Part shown: piece after piece, positions 18,102-27,790 of the stretch
Layout: every line of letters begins with the position of its first letter
Position numbering within the stretch: the stretch's first letter is position 1
Source of the DNA: a virus
Taxonomy: Duplodnaviria; Caudoviricetes
DNA length: 40,059 nt
Strand: one strand, 5' to 3'
Virus record (IMG/VR): IMGVR_UViG_3300048576_000513
Location: 1 to 40,059 of that record
Translations under genes and position numbers: made by a program
The notes under the pieces: generated by a model
The model's database searches: none
What the model was told of the DNA's origin: nothing
The model's input: the letters and a program-made list of their open reading frames with translations, nothing else

Positions 18102-18352
18102 AAAAAAACGGGCTTGCCGTGCTCCCTGGATGTTTTGTTGACGCTCCAGACAATCCTGTTTGCCCGAAATGTGGAGAAACCGTATACCTCGTGCCTGTCT
18201 TCGGGAAGCGATTACTCGGATTTCTGTGGAGAAGTGTCGAGTATTTTTACGTCGAATGCGGGGAGTGCGGGAGAAAGACAGAGATGTCGCCAACAATAAG
18301 GCCTGTTATAAGGGATTTTTTTATTAAGGAGCCCAATAATGGCCATCGGTAA
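18098..18352 (+). CDS. Zinc-ribbon protein (Lar-like)
   Basis: CPKCG...VECGECG. Confidence 0.55.
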   Translation: MKKNGLAVLPGCFVDAPDNPVCPKCGETVYLVPVFGKRLLGFLWRSVEYFYVECGECGRKTEMSPTIRPVIRDFFIKEPNNGHR

Positions 18353-19097
18353 CTGTAAAAATCCCGACTGCCCGAACCATATACTGCGCGTGCAAACACG
18401 CAACGGTTTTTGCCTGGAGTGTCACGCCGCCATCCAGGAGGCGAAAACGAAATACCTGGGGAAGCGCCGCGAACCCTTCGAAACAATCGAAGAGTTTCCG
18501 GGGAAGGGTCCGGCCCAGGCCACGCCGTCCGCCCAGGACGTGACCTGCTACGACGCGGAGGCGGAGATGGCGGCGAGGGAAGCTGTATCGGCCAGAGCTG
18601 AAATGCCCGAGAGATCCTACGCCGAGATTCGGGAGGCGACCGAGAAGGCTATCGAGAAAGCCAAAAAGGATGACCATTTTCCCCAGACGGGAAATATGGT
18701 CCCCGACCCCATCCTCCCCTTCACCTTGGCCGGCATCCAGTTCACCCCGTTCCTTGTGGACAGGTCGCGCCCCTCTGGTGACCCTCGGGTGACCATCCGT
18801 CAGGGATGCGTTGCGTTCAGTTCCTGTGCCGTCCGGACCTTCTCCCTCCACAAGCACAAGGGTGTCATTTTCTACCCGGCCCCGGGGGTTCTCGGAATCC
18901 AATTCCTGCCGGCTCCGATCCAGGGCAGCTATTCCCTCGTCAGTCAGCACAAAGACTCCACCGACCGGGTGGTCAACGCCATCACATTTCTCAAGTCGTT
19001 CCCCGACCTCGCCGGGAGAAAGGGGGTTCTGGAGCCCACCGAACGGGATGGGTTCTATCTGGTGAGGTTAGGCGAAGGGCAAGGGGAGGCGGCGTAG
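18339..19097 (+). CDS. Hypothetical protein with N-terminal Cys motif
   Basis: CKNPDC..GFCLEC; coupled to neighbours. Confidence 0.7.
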   Translation: MAIGNCKNPDCPNHILRVQTRNGFCLECHAAIQEAKTKYLGKRREPFETIEEFPGKGPAQATPSAQDVTCYDAEAEMAAREAVSARAEMPERSYAEIREATEKAIEKAKKDDHFPQTGNMVPDPILPFTLAGIQFTPFLVDRSRPSGDPRVTIRQGCVAFSSCAVRTFSLHKHKGVIFYPAPGVLGIQFLPAPIQGSYSLVSQHKDSTDRVVNAITFLKSFPDLAGRKGVLEPTERDGFYLVRLGEGQGEAA

Positions 19098-19099
19098 CC

Positions 19100-19468
19100 A
19101 TGAGTATGAAGACACCTCCGATCCCCGAGTGGAAACAGTTGGAAATGGCCCTGGGCGACCCTGACGCGCCCCAGGAACCTTACCAAAAGGCCTTGACCAT
19201 CACCTCGCCCATCATTCCGGTCTACGCCAAATGGCTGACCTGCATAACCCGCATGTACGATGATTTGGTGTGTGCCAACCAATGGGTTGTCTGGTGGACC
19301 AACACGACACCGCCCCTTTACGAAGAATTTTCGCGGGAGGAGTTCAACAAGCGCTTCGTCCTGGAGTCGCAGGCCCCGGCGCACATGCGTGAACGATTCG
19401 CGGCGATGCCGAGCTACCTGGATTGGGTGGATATGCACAATGCGGATGAGGACGGGGTGCGGCAATGA
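19100..19468 (+). CDS. Hypothetical protein
   Basis: MSMKTPP..., RBS, ATGA overlap with the methyltransferase. Confidence 0.65.
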   Translation: MSMKTPPIPEWKQLEMALGDPDAPQEPYQKALTITSPIIPVYAKWLTCITRMYDDLVCANQWVVWWTNTTPPLYEEFSREEFNKRFVLESQAPAHMRERFAAMPSYLDWVDMHNADEDGVRQ

Positions 19469-22464
19469 TGCTCGACATGCTCGGCGGAAGGTCCGGCGGT
19501 CATGGCCTGGAGCTTGTGGTGGACAGCTTTGCCGGCGGCGGGGGCGCCTCGACCGGCATCCGTCTGGCCCTGGGGCGCGATCCCGACGCGGCTCTCAACC
19601 ACGACCCCGTGGCCCTGGCCATCCACAAGGCCAACCACCCCGGGAGCATCCACTACTGCCAGGACATCTTTTCGGTGGAACCGAACCACGTGACCATGGG
19701 TCGGCCGGTCGGGCTCCTGTGGGCCTCGCCGGACTGCTTCCCGGCCGGGACCATGATCCTGACCCAAAAGGGTTTCGCCCCTATCGAGAGCCTATGCGTC
19801 GACGACCTCGTTCTGACCCACAAAGGCCATTGGCGCCGGGTGACCTGCACAATGAAGACCGTGAAGGACACGCTCATCGTGCGCGGCCAAGGCCATTATG
19901 GGTTAGAAGTTTCAGCCGAGCATCCCTTCCTATCTAGGGCCGCGAAAAACGCCTGGCGGAACAACACGACTGTCAAGGAGTGGTCCACCCCCTCTTGGGT
20001 GAAGGCGGACGAACTTAAAAAAGGCTCCTACTGGGCAACCCCCGTTTCTGCTGACCCTCTTGCGACTCCACCTGTCGAAGGCCGTTCCCTTCCTTTCAGT
20101 GAGGGCTTTTGGTGGCTCGTCGGCAGGTATTTGGCTGACGGATGGTCACGCATCCGCGAGGGCACAGGATCGGAACTGGTGATTTGTTGCGGCAAGGCCA
20201 AGGCCGACGTCACCCGAGAACGTTTGAACTTTTGCCCGCCGGCTGGCGGCAGAGCTTGCGATAACGAACTGCGATGGGGCGAACGCGAGACGAGGACCGA
20301 AATCCAATTCACGGCCAGCCACAAGGGCATGGTCCAGTGGCTCCGGGATCACTTCGGCCACCTCGCGCAAAACAAGCGGCTACCTGGGTGGGCTCTTGGC
20401 CTTGACGAAAATTCCAGGCGGGCAATTCTGGACGGTTATTTCGCCGGCGACGGATGGGAGAGCGGCAACATCGTCGAAGTCGGCAGCGTTTCTAAAGCCT
20501 TGATTCTCGGCATGCGTCTCTTGGCCGAATCCCTGGGGCGCAGGGCGACCTTGTATTTCCAGGCAGGCAGGCCAACCACCATAGAAGGCCGGGCGGTCAC
20601 CAATGTGCGCGACGCCTATAAGGTCCGCTGGAGAAAGCAACTCCTTCGCCAGCAAACGACTGCGGACGACAAGCATTCCTGGTCGGCAATCCGGGACGTG
20701 GCCCCAGGCCGCCAAGGCGTGGATGTCTACAACCTCTCTGTGGAAGAAGACGAATCCTACATCGCTGAAGGTGTCGTCGTGCACAATTGTACCCATTTTT
20801 CTAAGGCCAAGGGCGGCGCGCCGAAACGCAATGCCAAGATCCGCGACCTCGCTTGGGCCGTGGTCAAATGGGCTCGCGAGGCCCGTCCCCGGGTCATCAT
20901 TTTGGAGAACGTCGAGGAGTTCGTCACCTGGGGACCGCTTTCCGAACGCGGCGAGATCGTCAAGGGGCGCGAGGGCGAGACGTTCCGGCAGTGGCTGCGC
21001 CAGCTCCGGCGACTCGGCTACCGGGTGCGGCACCGCGAGCTTCGGGCCTGCGACTACGGCGCGCCCACCATCCGCAAGCGGTTTTTCCTCATCGCCCGAC
21101 GCGACGGCCGCCCCATCGTCTGGCCCAAGCCGACGCACGGCCCGGGCCGGCCGCAGCCGTACCGCACGGCGGCCGACATCATCGATTGGTCCATCCCGTG
21201 CCCGTCGATTTTCGAGCGGGCCCGGCCGCTGGCGGAAAACACCCTGCGCCGCATCGCCGAGGGCATCCGCCGGTACGTGATCGAGGCGGCCGAACCGTTC
21301 ATCGTCACCTATTACGGCCCCAAGCGTCCCGGAGATTTCCGGGGCAACGGCCTGTCGGAACAGCTCGGGACGCAGACGACGGAAAACCGGCACGCGTTGG
21401 TGACGCCCTATGTCGTCAACCTGACCCATGGCGGCCGATTGGAACCGGGCAACGAACCGCTGCGCACCATCACCACGGCGCATCGGGGAGAAAAGGCCAT
21501 CGCCGTTCCCGTGCTGGTGACCAACACGACCGGCCACGCTCCGGCGAATACTCGTGGCCCCGTTTCGACCCTCACCACCGGCGGACAGCAAATGCTTGCC
21601 TGCGCCGGCCTGGTCGGCGTCGGCGGTCGGGCCGGCCAGTCCCGCCCCAGAGGCGCGGGCGAATCCACGGCCACCACCACGGCCAAGGCCGACACGGCCG
21701 TCGTGGCCGCCACTATGATCCAGACCGGGTACGGCGAGCGTCCCGGCCAGACGCCCCGGGCCCTGGACCTGCAAAAGCCGCTGGGCACCATCGTTGCAGG
21801 CGGCGGCAAGCACGCCGTGGCGGCCGCCTGCCTGCTCAAGCATTACGGCGGCGTGGTCGGTCAGCCGGCGGACGCGCCCATGGGCACCGTGACCACGGTG
21901 GACCACCATTCCGTGTTGGCCGCCTCGATTATGCGCCAGTTCGGCAACTCGGTCGGCGCCCCGGCGGACGATCCCCTCGGCACGGTCACGGCCGGAGGCG
22001 GCGGCAAGTCCGGACTCGTCACCTCGAACCTCGTCAAGCTGCGCGGCACCTGCCGGGACGGCCAGCCCGTCACCGAACCCATGCCGACCGTCACGGCAGG
22101 GGGCACCCATATCGGCGAGGTGCGGGCGTTCCTGGTCAAATACTTCGGCACGGCCATTGGCCAGGACCTGCGCGATCCGCTTCATACCGTGACCACCAAG
22201 GATCGCTTGGGCCTCGTGACCGTTCAGGGCGAAGAATACGTCATCGCGGACATCGGCCTGCGCATGCTTACACCCCGGGAACTGTTCCTGGCCCAGGGCT
22301 TCCCCGCCGACTACGTGATCGATCCGGTGTTCAACGGCAAGCCGCTGCCGAAGTCGAAACAGGTCCGCGCCTGCGGCAACAGCGTGTGCCCGCCCCTGGC
22401 CGAGGCGCTGGTCCGGGCGAACTGCGCGGATATGGCCGTGGAGACCATGGAGGTGGGGGCGTGA
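19465..22464 (+). CDS. DNA cytosine-C5 methyltransferase containing an intein
   Basis: FAGGGG, SPD|C, ENV, YGAPTIRKRF, RMLTPREL..AQGFP, GNSV. Confidence 0.96.
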   Translation: MMLDMLGGRSGGHGLELVVDSFAGGGGASTGIRLALGRDPDAALNHDPVALAIHKANHPGSIHYCQDIFSVEPNHVTMGRPVGLLWASPDCFPAGTMILTQKGFAPIESLCVDDLVLTHKGHWRRVTCTMKTVKDTLIVRGQGHYGLEVSAEHPFLSRAAKNAWRNNTTVKEWSTPSWVKADELKKGSYWATPVSADPLATPPVEGRSLPFSEGFWWLVGRYLADGWSRIREGTGSELVICCGKAKADVTRERLNFCPPAGGRACDNELRWGERETRTEIQFTASHKGMVQWLRDHFGHLAQNKRLPGWALGLDENSRRAILDGYFAGDGWESGNIVEVGSVSKALILGMRLLAESLGRRATLYFQAGRPTTIEGRAVTNVRDAYKVRWRKQLLRQQTTADDKHSWSAIRDVAPGRQGVDVYNLSVEEDESYIAEGVVVHNCTHFSKAKGGAPKRNAKIRDLAWAVVKWAREARPRVIILENVEEFVTWGPLSERGEIVKGREGETFRQWLRQLRRLGYRVRHRELRACDYGAPTIRKRFFLIARRDGRPIVWPKPTHGPGRPQPYRTAADIIDWSIPCPSIFERARPLAENTLRRIAEGIRRYVIEAAEPFIVTYYGPKRPGDFRGNGLSEQLGTQTTENRHALVTPYVVNLTHGGRLEPGNEPLRTITTAHRGEKAIAVPVLVTNTTGHAPANTRGPVSTLTTGGQQMLACAGLVGVGGRAGQSRPRGAGESTATTTAKADTAVVAATMIQTGYGERPGQTPRALDLQKPLGTIVAGGGKHAVAAACLLKHYGGVVGQPADAPMGTVTTVDHHSVLAASIMRQFGNSVGAPADDPLGTVTAGGGGKSGLVTSNLVKLRGTCRDGQPVTEPMPTVTAGGTHIGEVRAFLVKYFGTAIGQDLRDPLHTVTTKDRLGLVTVQGEEYVIADIGLRMLTPRELFLAQGFPADYVIDPVFNGKPLPKSKQVRACGNSVCPPLAEALVRANCADMAVETMEVGA
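19735..20787 (+). mobile_element. Intein (351 aa) with LAGLIDADG homing endonuclease
   Basis: Begins CFPAGT; block B SAEHPF; LVGRYLADG and ILDGYFAGDG; ends VYNLSVEEDESYIAEGVVVHN|C. Confidence 0.96.
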
Positions 22465-23321
22465 GCGGCCCGGATCGGCAATACAGCCTGTTGCCCCTGG
22501 ATGATGCGATCCGGGAGGCGATCGATTTTTTGCGGAAGCATGAGCCGCCGGAGGGATATTTTGTGGGGTTTTCTGGCGGCAAGGACTCCATCGTCACACT
22601 GGAGTTGTGCCGGATGGCAGGTGTTAGGCACGAGGCCTACTACTCCTGCACCACCATCGACCCGCCAGAGGTCGTGAAATTCATCCGTAAACACTACCCA
22701 GAGGTGAAGTGGCTCTACCCTGCGATGTCGTTCTATACGGCAATAAAGAAAAATTCCCCGCCACTTCGCATGAAAAGATGGTGCTGTGACGTATTAAAGA
22801 AAAATCCTGCTAAAGCGATTCCGCTCAAAGCCCGTATCATGGGCATCCGGGCGGAAGAGTCAGCCATGCGAGCTAGTCGACCGCGAATTTCTCCTTACAA
22901 AAAGTATGGCCTGATCATGGTGAAGCCTATCTTCGCATGGCAGGAATGGCAAATTTGGGAATTCATCGAGCAGTTCAGTCTTCCGTATCCAAGTTTATAC
23001 GATGAAGGGTTTGACAGAATTGGATGCGTGGTCTGTCCTTTCATCTGCCATGCTAATCAATCCAGAGTAAACCGAAATAAAGCGCGTTGGCCTGGGTTGT
23101 ATAAGGCGTTTGAGCACGCTTGCAGGGATTGGTGGGAAAAATGCAAAGCTGAAGGTTTTAGGACTCGATACAAACATGACAGTTTCGAAGATTATATGCA
23201 TTCCTACTATCGAGGGTTTGAGACTGATTTGAAACCCGAGATCAAGACCGGTCAAGCGGTACTGTCAATTTCCCCTGCACCCCGCACAGGACTCGCCGCC
23301 ACGGCCGGGGTAGGAGCGTAG
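22461..23321 (+). CDS. PAPS-reductase family protein (PP-loop, Fe-S motifs)
   Basis: GTG start; FSGGKDS, RWCCDVLKK, GIRAEES..R, PI..W, RIGCVVCP. Confidence 0.9.
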   Translation: MSGPDRQYSLLPLDDAIREAIDFLRKHEPPEGYFVGFSGGKDSIVTLELCRMAGVRHEAYYSCTTIDPPEVVKFIRKHYPEVKWLYPAMSFYTAIKKNSPPLRMKRWCCDVLKKNPAKAIPLKARIMGIRAEESAMRASRPRISPYKKYGLIMVKPIFAWQEWQIWEFIEQFSLPYPSLYDEGFDRIGCVVCPFICHANQSRVNRNKARWPGLYKAFEHACRDWWEKCKAEGFRTRYKHDSFEDYMHSYYRGFETDLKPEIKTGQAVLSISPAPRTGLAATAGVGA

Positions 23322-23323
23322 GC

Positions 23324-23683
23324 ATGACCGACCTCATCACATCCCTCCAGGCACGCAATTCCGAGCTCGTCTCGGAAAACCGCGCCCTCTCCCGCGCCCT
23401 GCATGAGCGCGGCCCGGGAATCTCGGCCATCCTCTACGCCTACCACAAGGCCATCGAAAAGCATCAGCGATTCCCGACCGCCTTGGACTCGCAGGGCGTT
23501 ATTTTGGCCGAAGAGGTGCTCGAGCTCGCGGCCGAAATGATCGGTGCCGCCCTCGGTCTTACTCGGGCCATCAACGACAATCGAGACAACGCGCCGTGTT
23601 TTGCCCGCGTGTGGGAGGAGACGACGCATGTGGGGGCCGTGGCGCTGCGAATGCTGGGGAAGCTGGGGCAGGTGAAGGGATGA
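23324..23683 (+). CDS. MazG-like NTP pyrophosphatase
   Basis: ILAEEVLELAAE...EETTHVGAVALR pattern. Confidence 0.55.
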   Translation: MTDLITSLQARNSELVSENRALSRALHERGPGISAILYAYHKAIEKHQRFPTALDSQGVILAEEVLELAAEMIGAALGLTRAINDNRDNAPCFARVWEETTHVGAVALRMLGKLGQVKG

Positions 23684-23904
23684 CCGACCGCTGTTCAACC
23701 TGTGGCACGCCCTGGCGTGACCACCTCGGCGTCGAGGGCACGTGCCGCCTGCATCTGGCCGCCGCTGACGCGCTCGTCAAAATCCTGGCCGTCTGTGACG
23801 CCTGGGGAGACGGCGGGCGCTTGCACCAGGCCATCGTGCGGCTTGGCGAGCGAGGTCTCGAGTACGCCAGGATCACGCGGGATGGGGAGTGGAGGTTGCC
23901 GTAA
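23680..23904 (+). CDS. Small Cys/His protein
   Basis: CSTCG..DH..C; coupled on both sides. Confidence 0.55.
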   Translation: MTDRCSTCGTPWRDHLGVEGTCRLHLAAADALVKILAVCDAWGDGGRLHQAIVRLGERGLEYARITRDGEWRLP

Positions 23905-24797
23905 TGGACTGGCTCCGCTGGTACCACGGATCATGCACAGACCCGAAATTCCGGGTGGTGGCCAAGAAAGCTGCCCGGGAGGTCGACGGTATCCGCGTAT
24001 CGGATGTGCTGGCTGTGTGGGCGATGATCCTGGAGCGGGCCAGCGAGAGTGACCCCAGAGGATCGTTTTCCGGCTTTGATTGCGAAGGTGCGGACGTGAC
24101 CCTGGACATGCCCGACGGATCAGCCTGCGCCATCCGCGCTGCCCTCGAGGCAAAAGGCCTGGTCGAAGGCGACATGGTGGTCAACTGGTCCAAACGACAG
24201 CCAAAGCGCGAACGTGAGGACAACAGCACTTCCCGGGTCAGGGATTATCGGGAACGGAAAAAGCAAGAAAGCAACACCACTTGCGACAATGGAACGCCAT
24301 GTAACGCCACGCAACGCCAGGAAACACCTAGATTAGATAAGAGTAGAGAAGAATTAATAACAGGGTGTACCCCCCTACCCCCCACAGGGGGGGGAGGGCT
24401 TCCCGATCTCCCTCCTTCTCCCGAGGACGATCCGGACGTCCACCCCCAGGCCGAAATTTCCAGCCTCAACGATTGTGCCATTGAGTTCCAGGACCTCGCG
24501 GCTGCCTACCAATCCGCCGGAGGCTGCGTGGACGTGGTCCCGGCCTACAAGGCCTACGAGGGCATGCGGCGAGGATTCCCCCTGGCCATGATTATCGGCG
24601 ATCTGGAGAAGCGGAAAAATTGCGACCAGTGGCGGCGTGGGCGAATCCCGAAGCTCTCGAACTACCTCGGGGACCGCGTGTGGCTCAACCCGATACCAGC
24701 GGCCCGGGCCAGCCCCACCGGTGAAAAACTCGGGCCTGACGGGAAACCGGACTGGATGCGTTACGCCGGAAGCTGTTTGAAGGGGCAAGCCACATGA
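23904..24797 (+). CDS. Phage replication initiator
   Basis: WLRWYH..TDPKF, NWSKRQ..STSRVRDYRERKK, central low-complexity region, IPKLSNYLGDRVW. Confidence 0.8.
   Translation: MDWLRWYHGSCTDPKFRVVAKKAAREVDGIRVSDVLAVWAMILERASESDPRGSFSGFDCEGADVTLDMPDGSACAIRAALEAKGLVEGDMVVNWSKRQPKREREDNSTSRVRDYRERKKQESNTTCDNGTPCNATQRQETPRLDKSREELITGCTPLPPTGGGGLPDLPPSPEDDPDVHPQAEISSLNDCAIEFQDLAAAYQSAGGCVDVVPAYKAYEGMRRGFPLAMIIGDLEKRKNCDQWRRGRIPKLSNYLGDRVWLNPIPAARASPTGEKLGPDGKPDWMRYAGSCLKGQAT
24289..24395. repeat. Putative replication origin
   Basis: AACGCCA three times at 10-nt period plus AACACC, then A-rich tract and C-run/G-run inverted repeat, inside the initiator gene. Confidence 0.5.
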
Positions 24798-25360
24798 ATA
24801 ACGAGATATTCGCCTCAATGCTCGACAAGATCATGGCCATGTTCGGCCGGACACCCTCTGTCGCTATGCGCGGTGTCTGCTGGGACGTTTGCGAGCCGCT
24901 GCCGGACGTGTACGCGGACTACGCCGTGGAACAGGCCCGCGACCTCGACCGCCAGCCTGGGAACATGAGCAAGTTTTTTCGGGACGCATGGTTTCGCTGG
25001 CGTGATGCGCACCCATCCATGGCGGCCAAGGAACAGGCTTACGGCTGCGATTTCTGCCACCAAGGGACGATCCATTTCATCCGGTCCCACGAAGGGCGCG
25101 GGTGGCTGAATGAGACGGCAACCTGCGGCCACTGCCGGCCAGCAGGGCAAACGCACGGGAACATACGCCGCTACGGCGGGGAAATTGTAGACCCGAGCAA
25201 AGCTCTGTCGCTGTGTGCGGAGAGGAATTCCATTGAAAAGCAGCGGGGGCAGTCCGATTTCTCGGGCAGGCTCCAGGCCTGGCACAATGGCGAGCGCCCC
25301 GATGAACGCTGTTCTACTCCCGACGATGACAGGCCCGACCACGCGGAGGGATGGCTTTGA
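24794..25360 (+). CDS. Replication-associated protein
   Basis: Coupled to initiator; CDFC and CGHC motifs. Confidence 0.6.
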   Translation: MNNEIFASMLDKIMAMFGRTPSVAMRGVCWDVCEPLPDVYADYAVEQARDLDRQPGNMSKFFRDAWFRWRDAHPSMAAKEQAYGCDFCHQGTIHFIRSHEGRGWLNETATCGHCRPAGQTHGNIRRYGGEIVDPSKALSLCAERNSIEKQRGQSDFSGRLQAWHNGERPDERCSTPDDDRPDHAEGWL

Positions 25361-25587
25361 CTCGCCCCTGCGACATCACCCCGGCCCTCCCGTGCTGCCA
25401 CGCCGGCCGCTGCTACGGCCGCGTGATGTGGGAGGGCAAAACACCGGCTAGCGGTCCGGTGGGCGTGCCCATGGAGCAGGTGCAGGCCTGCAAATGGAGC
25501 GAGCGGGCCACGGCCGCCAGGCTGAAATTGGCCCGTGAAAACGACATCGATGCCGGCTCTCGCCGGTTGAACCAAAACCCGGCCTAG
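25351..25587 (+). CDS. Small hypothetical protein
   Basis: Overlaps upstream gene, RBS present. Confidence 0.45.
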   Translation: MALTRPCDITPALPCCHAGRCYGRVMWEGKTPASGPVGVPMEQVQACKWSERATAARLKLARENDIDAGSRRLNQNPA

Positions 25588-25607
25588 GACGGCAGGAGGA
25601 AGGGAAA

Positions 25608-26030
25608 ATGGAACGTCAGGAAGCGATGAAAGAAGCCCTGGATATCGTGAAAGCCCAGGCGGGCGCCAGGGCCATGACCGAAGACGAGATCACCGGCATG
25701 GTTTCGAATCTCACCGCCAGCATCATGAACCTGGGGGAGGACGCCCCGGCCGCAGGCGATGCCAACCCCTGCCCGATCAAAGGCATGGACCCCAAGAAGG
25801 CCATCACCGAAACAGCCGTCACCTGCCTCGAATGCGGCAAAAGGTTCAAGGTGATCACCAAAAAGCACCTTGAGCACCACGGCATGACGCCCGAGCAGTA
25901 CCGAGAAAAGCACGGGTACAAGAAGACCCAGGCTCTGGCCTGCAAATCGCTGGCGCGCGAACGGCGTAAGAAGATGACCGAAATGAAGCTGTGGGAGAAG
26001 AAGGGCAAGAAGCAGGATAAGGCGGCGTAG
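25608..26030 (+). CDS. MucR/Ros family regulator
   Basis: AITETAVTCLECGKRFKVITKKHLEHHGMTPEQYREKHG. Confidence 0.92.
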   Translation: MERQEAMKEALDIVKAQAGARAMTEDEITGMVSNLTASIMNLGEDAPAAGDANPCPIKGMDPKKAITETAVTCLECGKRFKVITKKHLEHHGMTPEQYREKHGYKKTQALACKSLARERRKKMTEMKLWEKKGKKQDKAA

Positions 26031-26034
26031 ACCC

Positions 26035-26445
26035 ATGGCCGGACAGCCATCCATGACGGCTGCCGAGTACCGGGCCCTGATGCGCTCCGGGGGTGTCCCC
26101 GGGGCGCGGCCCGGTCCTGCCCGGCGTGCGCCGCACGAAGCCGGCAAGATGAACAAGCTGGAAGCGCAGTACGACCGCGAGGTTCTACAGCCGCGACTCC
26201 GAGCCGGGGAATATCTCGATGTGCGCTTCGAGCCGTTCAAATTGCGGTTGGCGGACAAGACTTTCTATAGCTTCGATTTTGTCGCCGTGCGCCCAGACTG
26301 CATCGAAGTTCACGAATGCAAAGGGCATTGGGAGGACGATGCCCGCGTGAAGTGGAAGGTCGCTGCGGAACAATTTTGGTGGTTCAAGTTTTACGCGGTG
26401 CAGTACGTCAGTGGATCCTGGAAGATTGAGGAGTACCGGGGGTAG
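26035..26445 (+). CDS. PD-(D/E)XK endonuclease (DUF1064-like)
   Basis: MNKLEAQY..YSFDF..HECKG..DDARVKWK. Confidence 0.8.
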   Translation: MAGQPSMTAAEYRALMRSGGVPGARPGPARRAPHEAGKMNKLEAQYDREVLQPRLRAGEYLDVRFEPFKLRLADKTFYSFDFVAVRPDCIEVHECKGHWEDDARVKWKVAAEQFWWFKFYAVQYVSGSWKIEEYRG

Positions 26446-26468
26446 GCCTCACGGCCTGGGAGATCATC

Positions 26469-26726
26469 GTGCGCCAGGAGATGCTTGAAGAGATCATCGC
26501 GCAAGCCATAGGCCGGGAGGACGCGCAAAAGGCAGTACAGGCAATCATGGATCACTGGGGAGGATCCCTGCAGCAAATACCATCCGGGAAAAATAGATTC
26601 CGTGAAAGGGCTGATCGTAACGACAGAATTCGCAGTCTCTACCGCAATAACCTGCTTAATATTTCCAGTCTCGCTGATCGATTCGGGTTGAGCGAGTCTC
26701 AGGTGAGGAAGATTTTAGGGGACTGA
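26469..26726 (+). CDS. Mor family transcription activator
   Basis: WGGSLQQIP..RNDRIR..LADRFGLSESQVRKI; precedes lysis genes. Confidence 0.85.
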   Translation: MRQEMLEEIIAQAIGREDAQKAVQAIMDHWGGSLQQIPSGKNRFRERADRNDRIRSLYRNNLLNISSLADRFGLSESQVRKILGD

Positions 26727-26848
26727 TCCCCATCTTTTCGCACCCATGTAATCGCGCATGCGCGGCCCCGTGCCCACCATGGCCCCACAAATGGCCCACC
26801 CCAACCCCATCCCGGCGGTGCGCGGTGGGCCTCCCGCGGGGGCCATCT

Positions 26849-27634
26849 ATGTCGAATCAATTCGGAAGCCAGTCACGGACCAATTTGGCCAAATGCCACC
26901 CGGAGCTGCAAGCCATAGCCAGGCAAGCGCTCCAAGCGTCTGCCGTCGATTTCACGGTCACGTCCGGCGCCGGTCTCTCCCTGGCCGTGGCCCCCTACCC
27001 TGCCGACCCGTCCCTCGAGAAATACCAGATCATCGTCGCCGCTTTCCGGCAGGTAGCCAAATCCCTGGGCCTGACGCTCCGCTGGAGTGGAGATTTCAAG
27101 GCTTTCGCCGATCCGTCCCGCTTCGAGATCGACGAGCCGGCCGGCAGGCAGTGGTCTGCTTCCTCCCAGATCGCTGCCCCGGAGCCGGTTCCGACTCAGA
27201 CACAAGCCATCCCGGACCGAGCCGCCCTATCCGGCCTGAGCGAAGCCGACCTGCTGGCCCGGGTCATCTGGGGCGAATGCCGGGGGAAGCTCCCCGAGGA
27301 GGCCCGCGCCATCGCGCATGTGGTGGTCAACCGGGCGGCCAAGCCGGGCTGGTGGGGAAAGGACATCAAGGGCTGCTGTCTGGCCAAGGCGCAGTTCTCC
27401 TGTCTCAACTCGGTCGACCCGAACCTGCCCAAGATCCTCAAGGGGGATTTCCGGGATGGATCCTGGGCAACCTGCCTGACGGAAGCCGCTGCGGCCGTTG
27501 CCGGAGAGAGCCAGGACCCGACAGGAGGCGCCACGTCCTACCATGCGGCCAGCATGAACCCCTTCCCATCCTGGGCCAAGGCGCTCACCCCCACGGCCCG
27601 GATAGGGAGCCACATTTTCTACCGGGAGGCGTGA
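26849..27634 (+). CDS. Endolysin: degenerate M15-like domain plus SleB/Hydrolase_2 domain
   Basis: N: SRTNLAKCHPEL..VDFTVTSG..LRWSGDF..FAD..RFE; C: LARVIWGECRG, VVVNR, QFSC, DPTGGATSYH, IGSHIFY. Confidence 0.88.
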   Translation: MSNQFGSQSRTNLAKCHPELQAIARQALQASAVDFTVTSGAGLSLAVAPYPADPSLEKYQIIVAAFRQVAKSLGLTLRWSGDFKAFADPSRFEIDEPAGRQWSASSQIAAPEPVPTQTQAIPDRAALSGLSEADLLARVIWGECRGKLPEEARAIAHVVVNRAAKPGWWGKDIKGCCLAKAQFSCLNSVDPNLPKILKGDFRDGSWATCLTEAAAAVAGESQDPTGGATSYHAASMNPFPSWAKALTPTARIGSHIFYREA

Positions 27635-27790
27635 GGTGACCATCAAGGAAGCCAAGGAAAGCCGCCAATGCATCGGCTGCATATTCCGACTGATTGGCCC
27701 GGGTGAGGCCCGGTGCATGGGCGCGAGCCTGGGTGACAAGGAGTGCCCCGGCCGGAACCCAAGCGAGAAACGTGCGGGGGGCGAGAAGAA

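Noticed and set aside
20853-22460. 5' extension of the 822-aa ORF
   Set aside because: Shadow frame over the methyltransferase; the real gene starts at GTG 22461.
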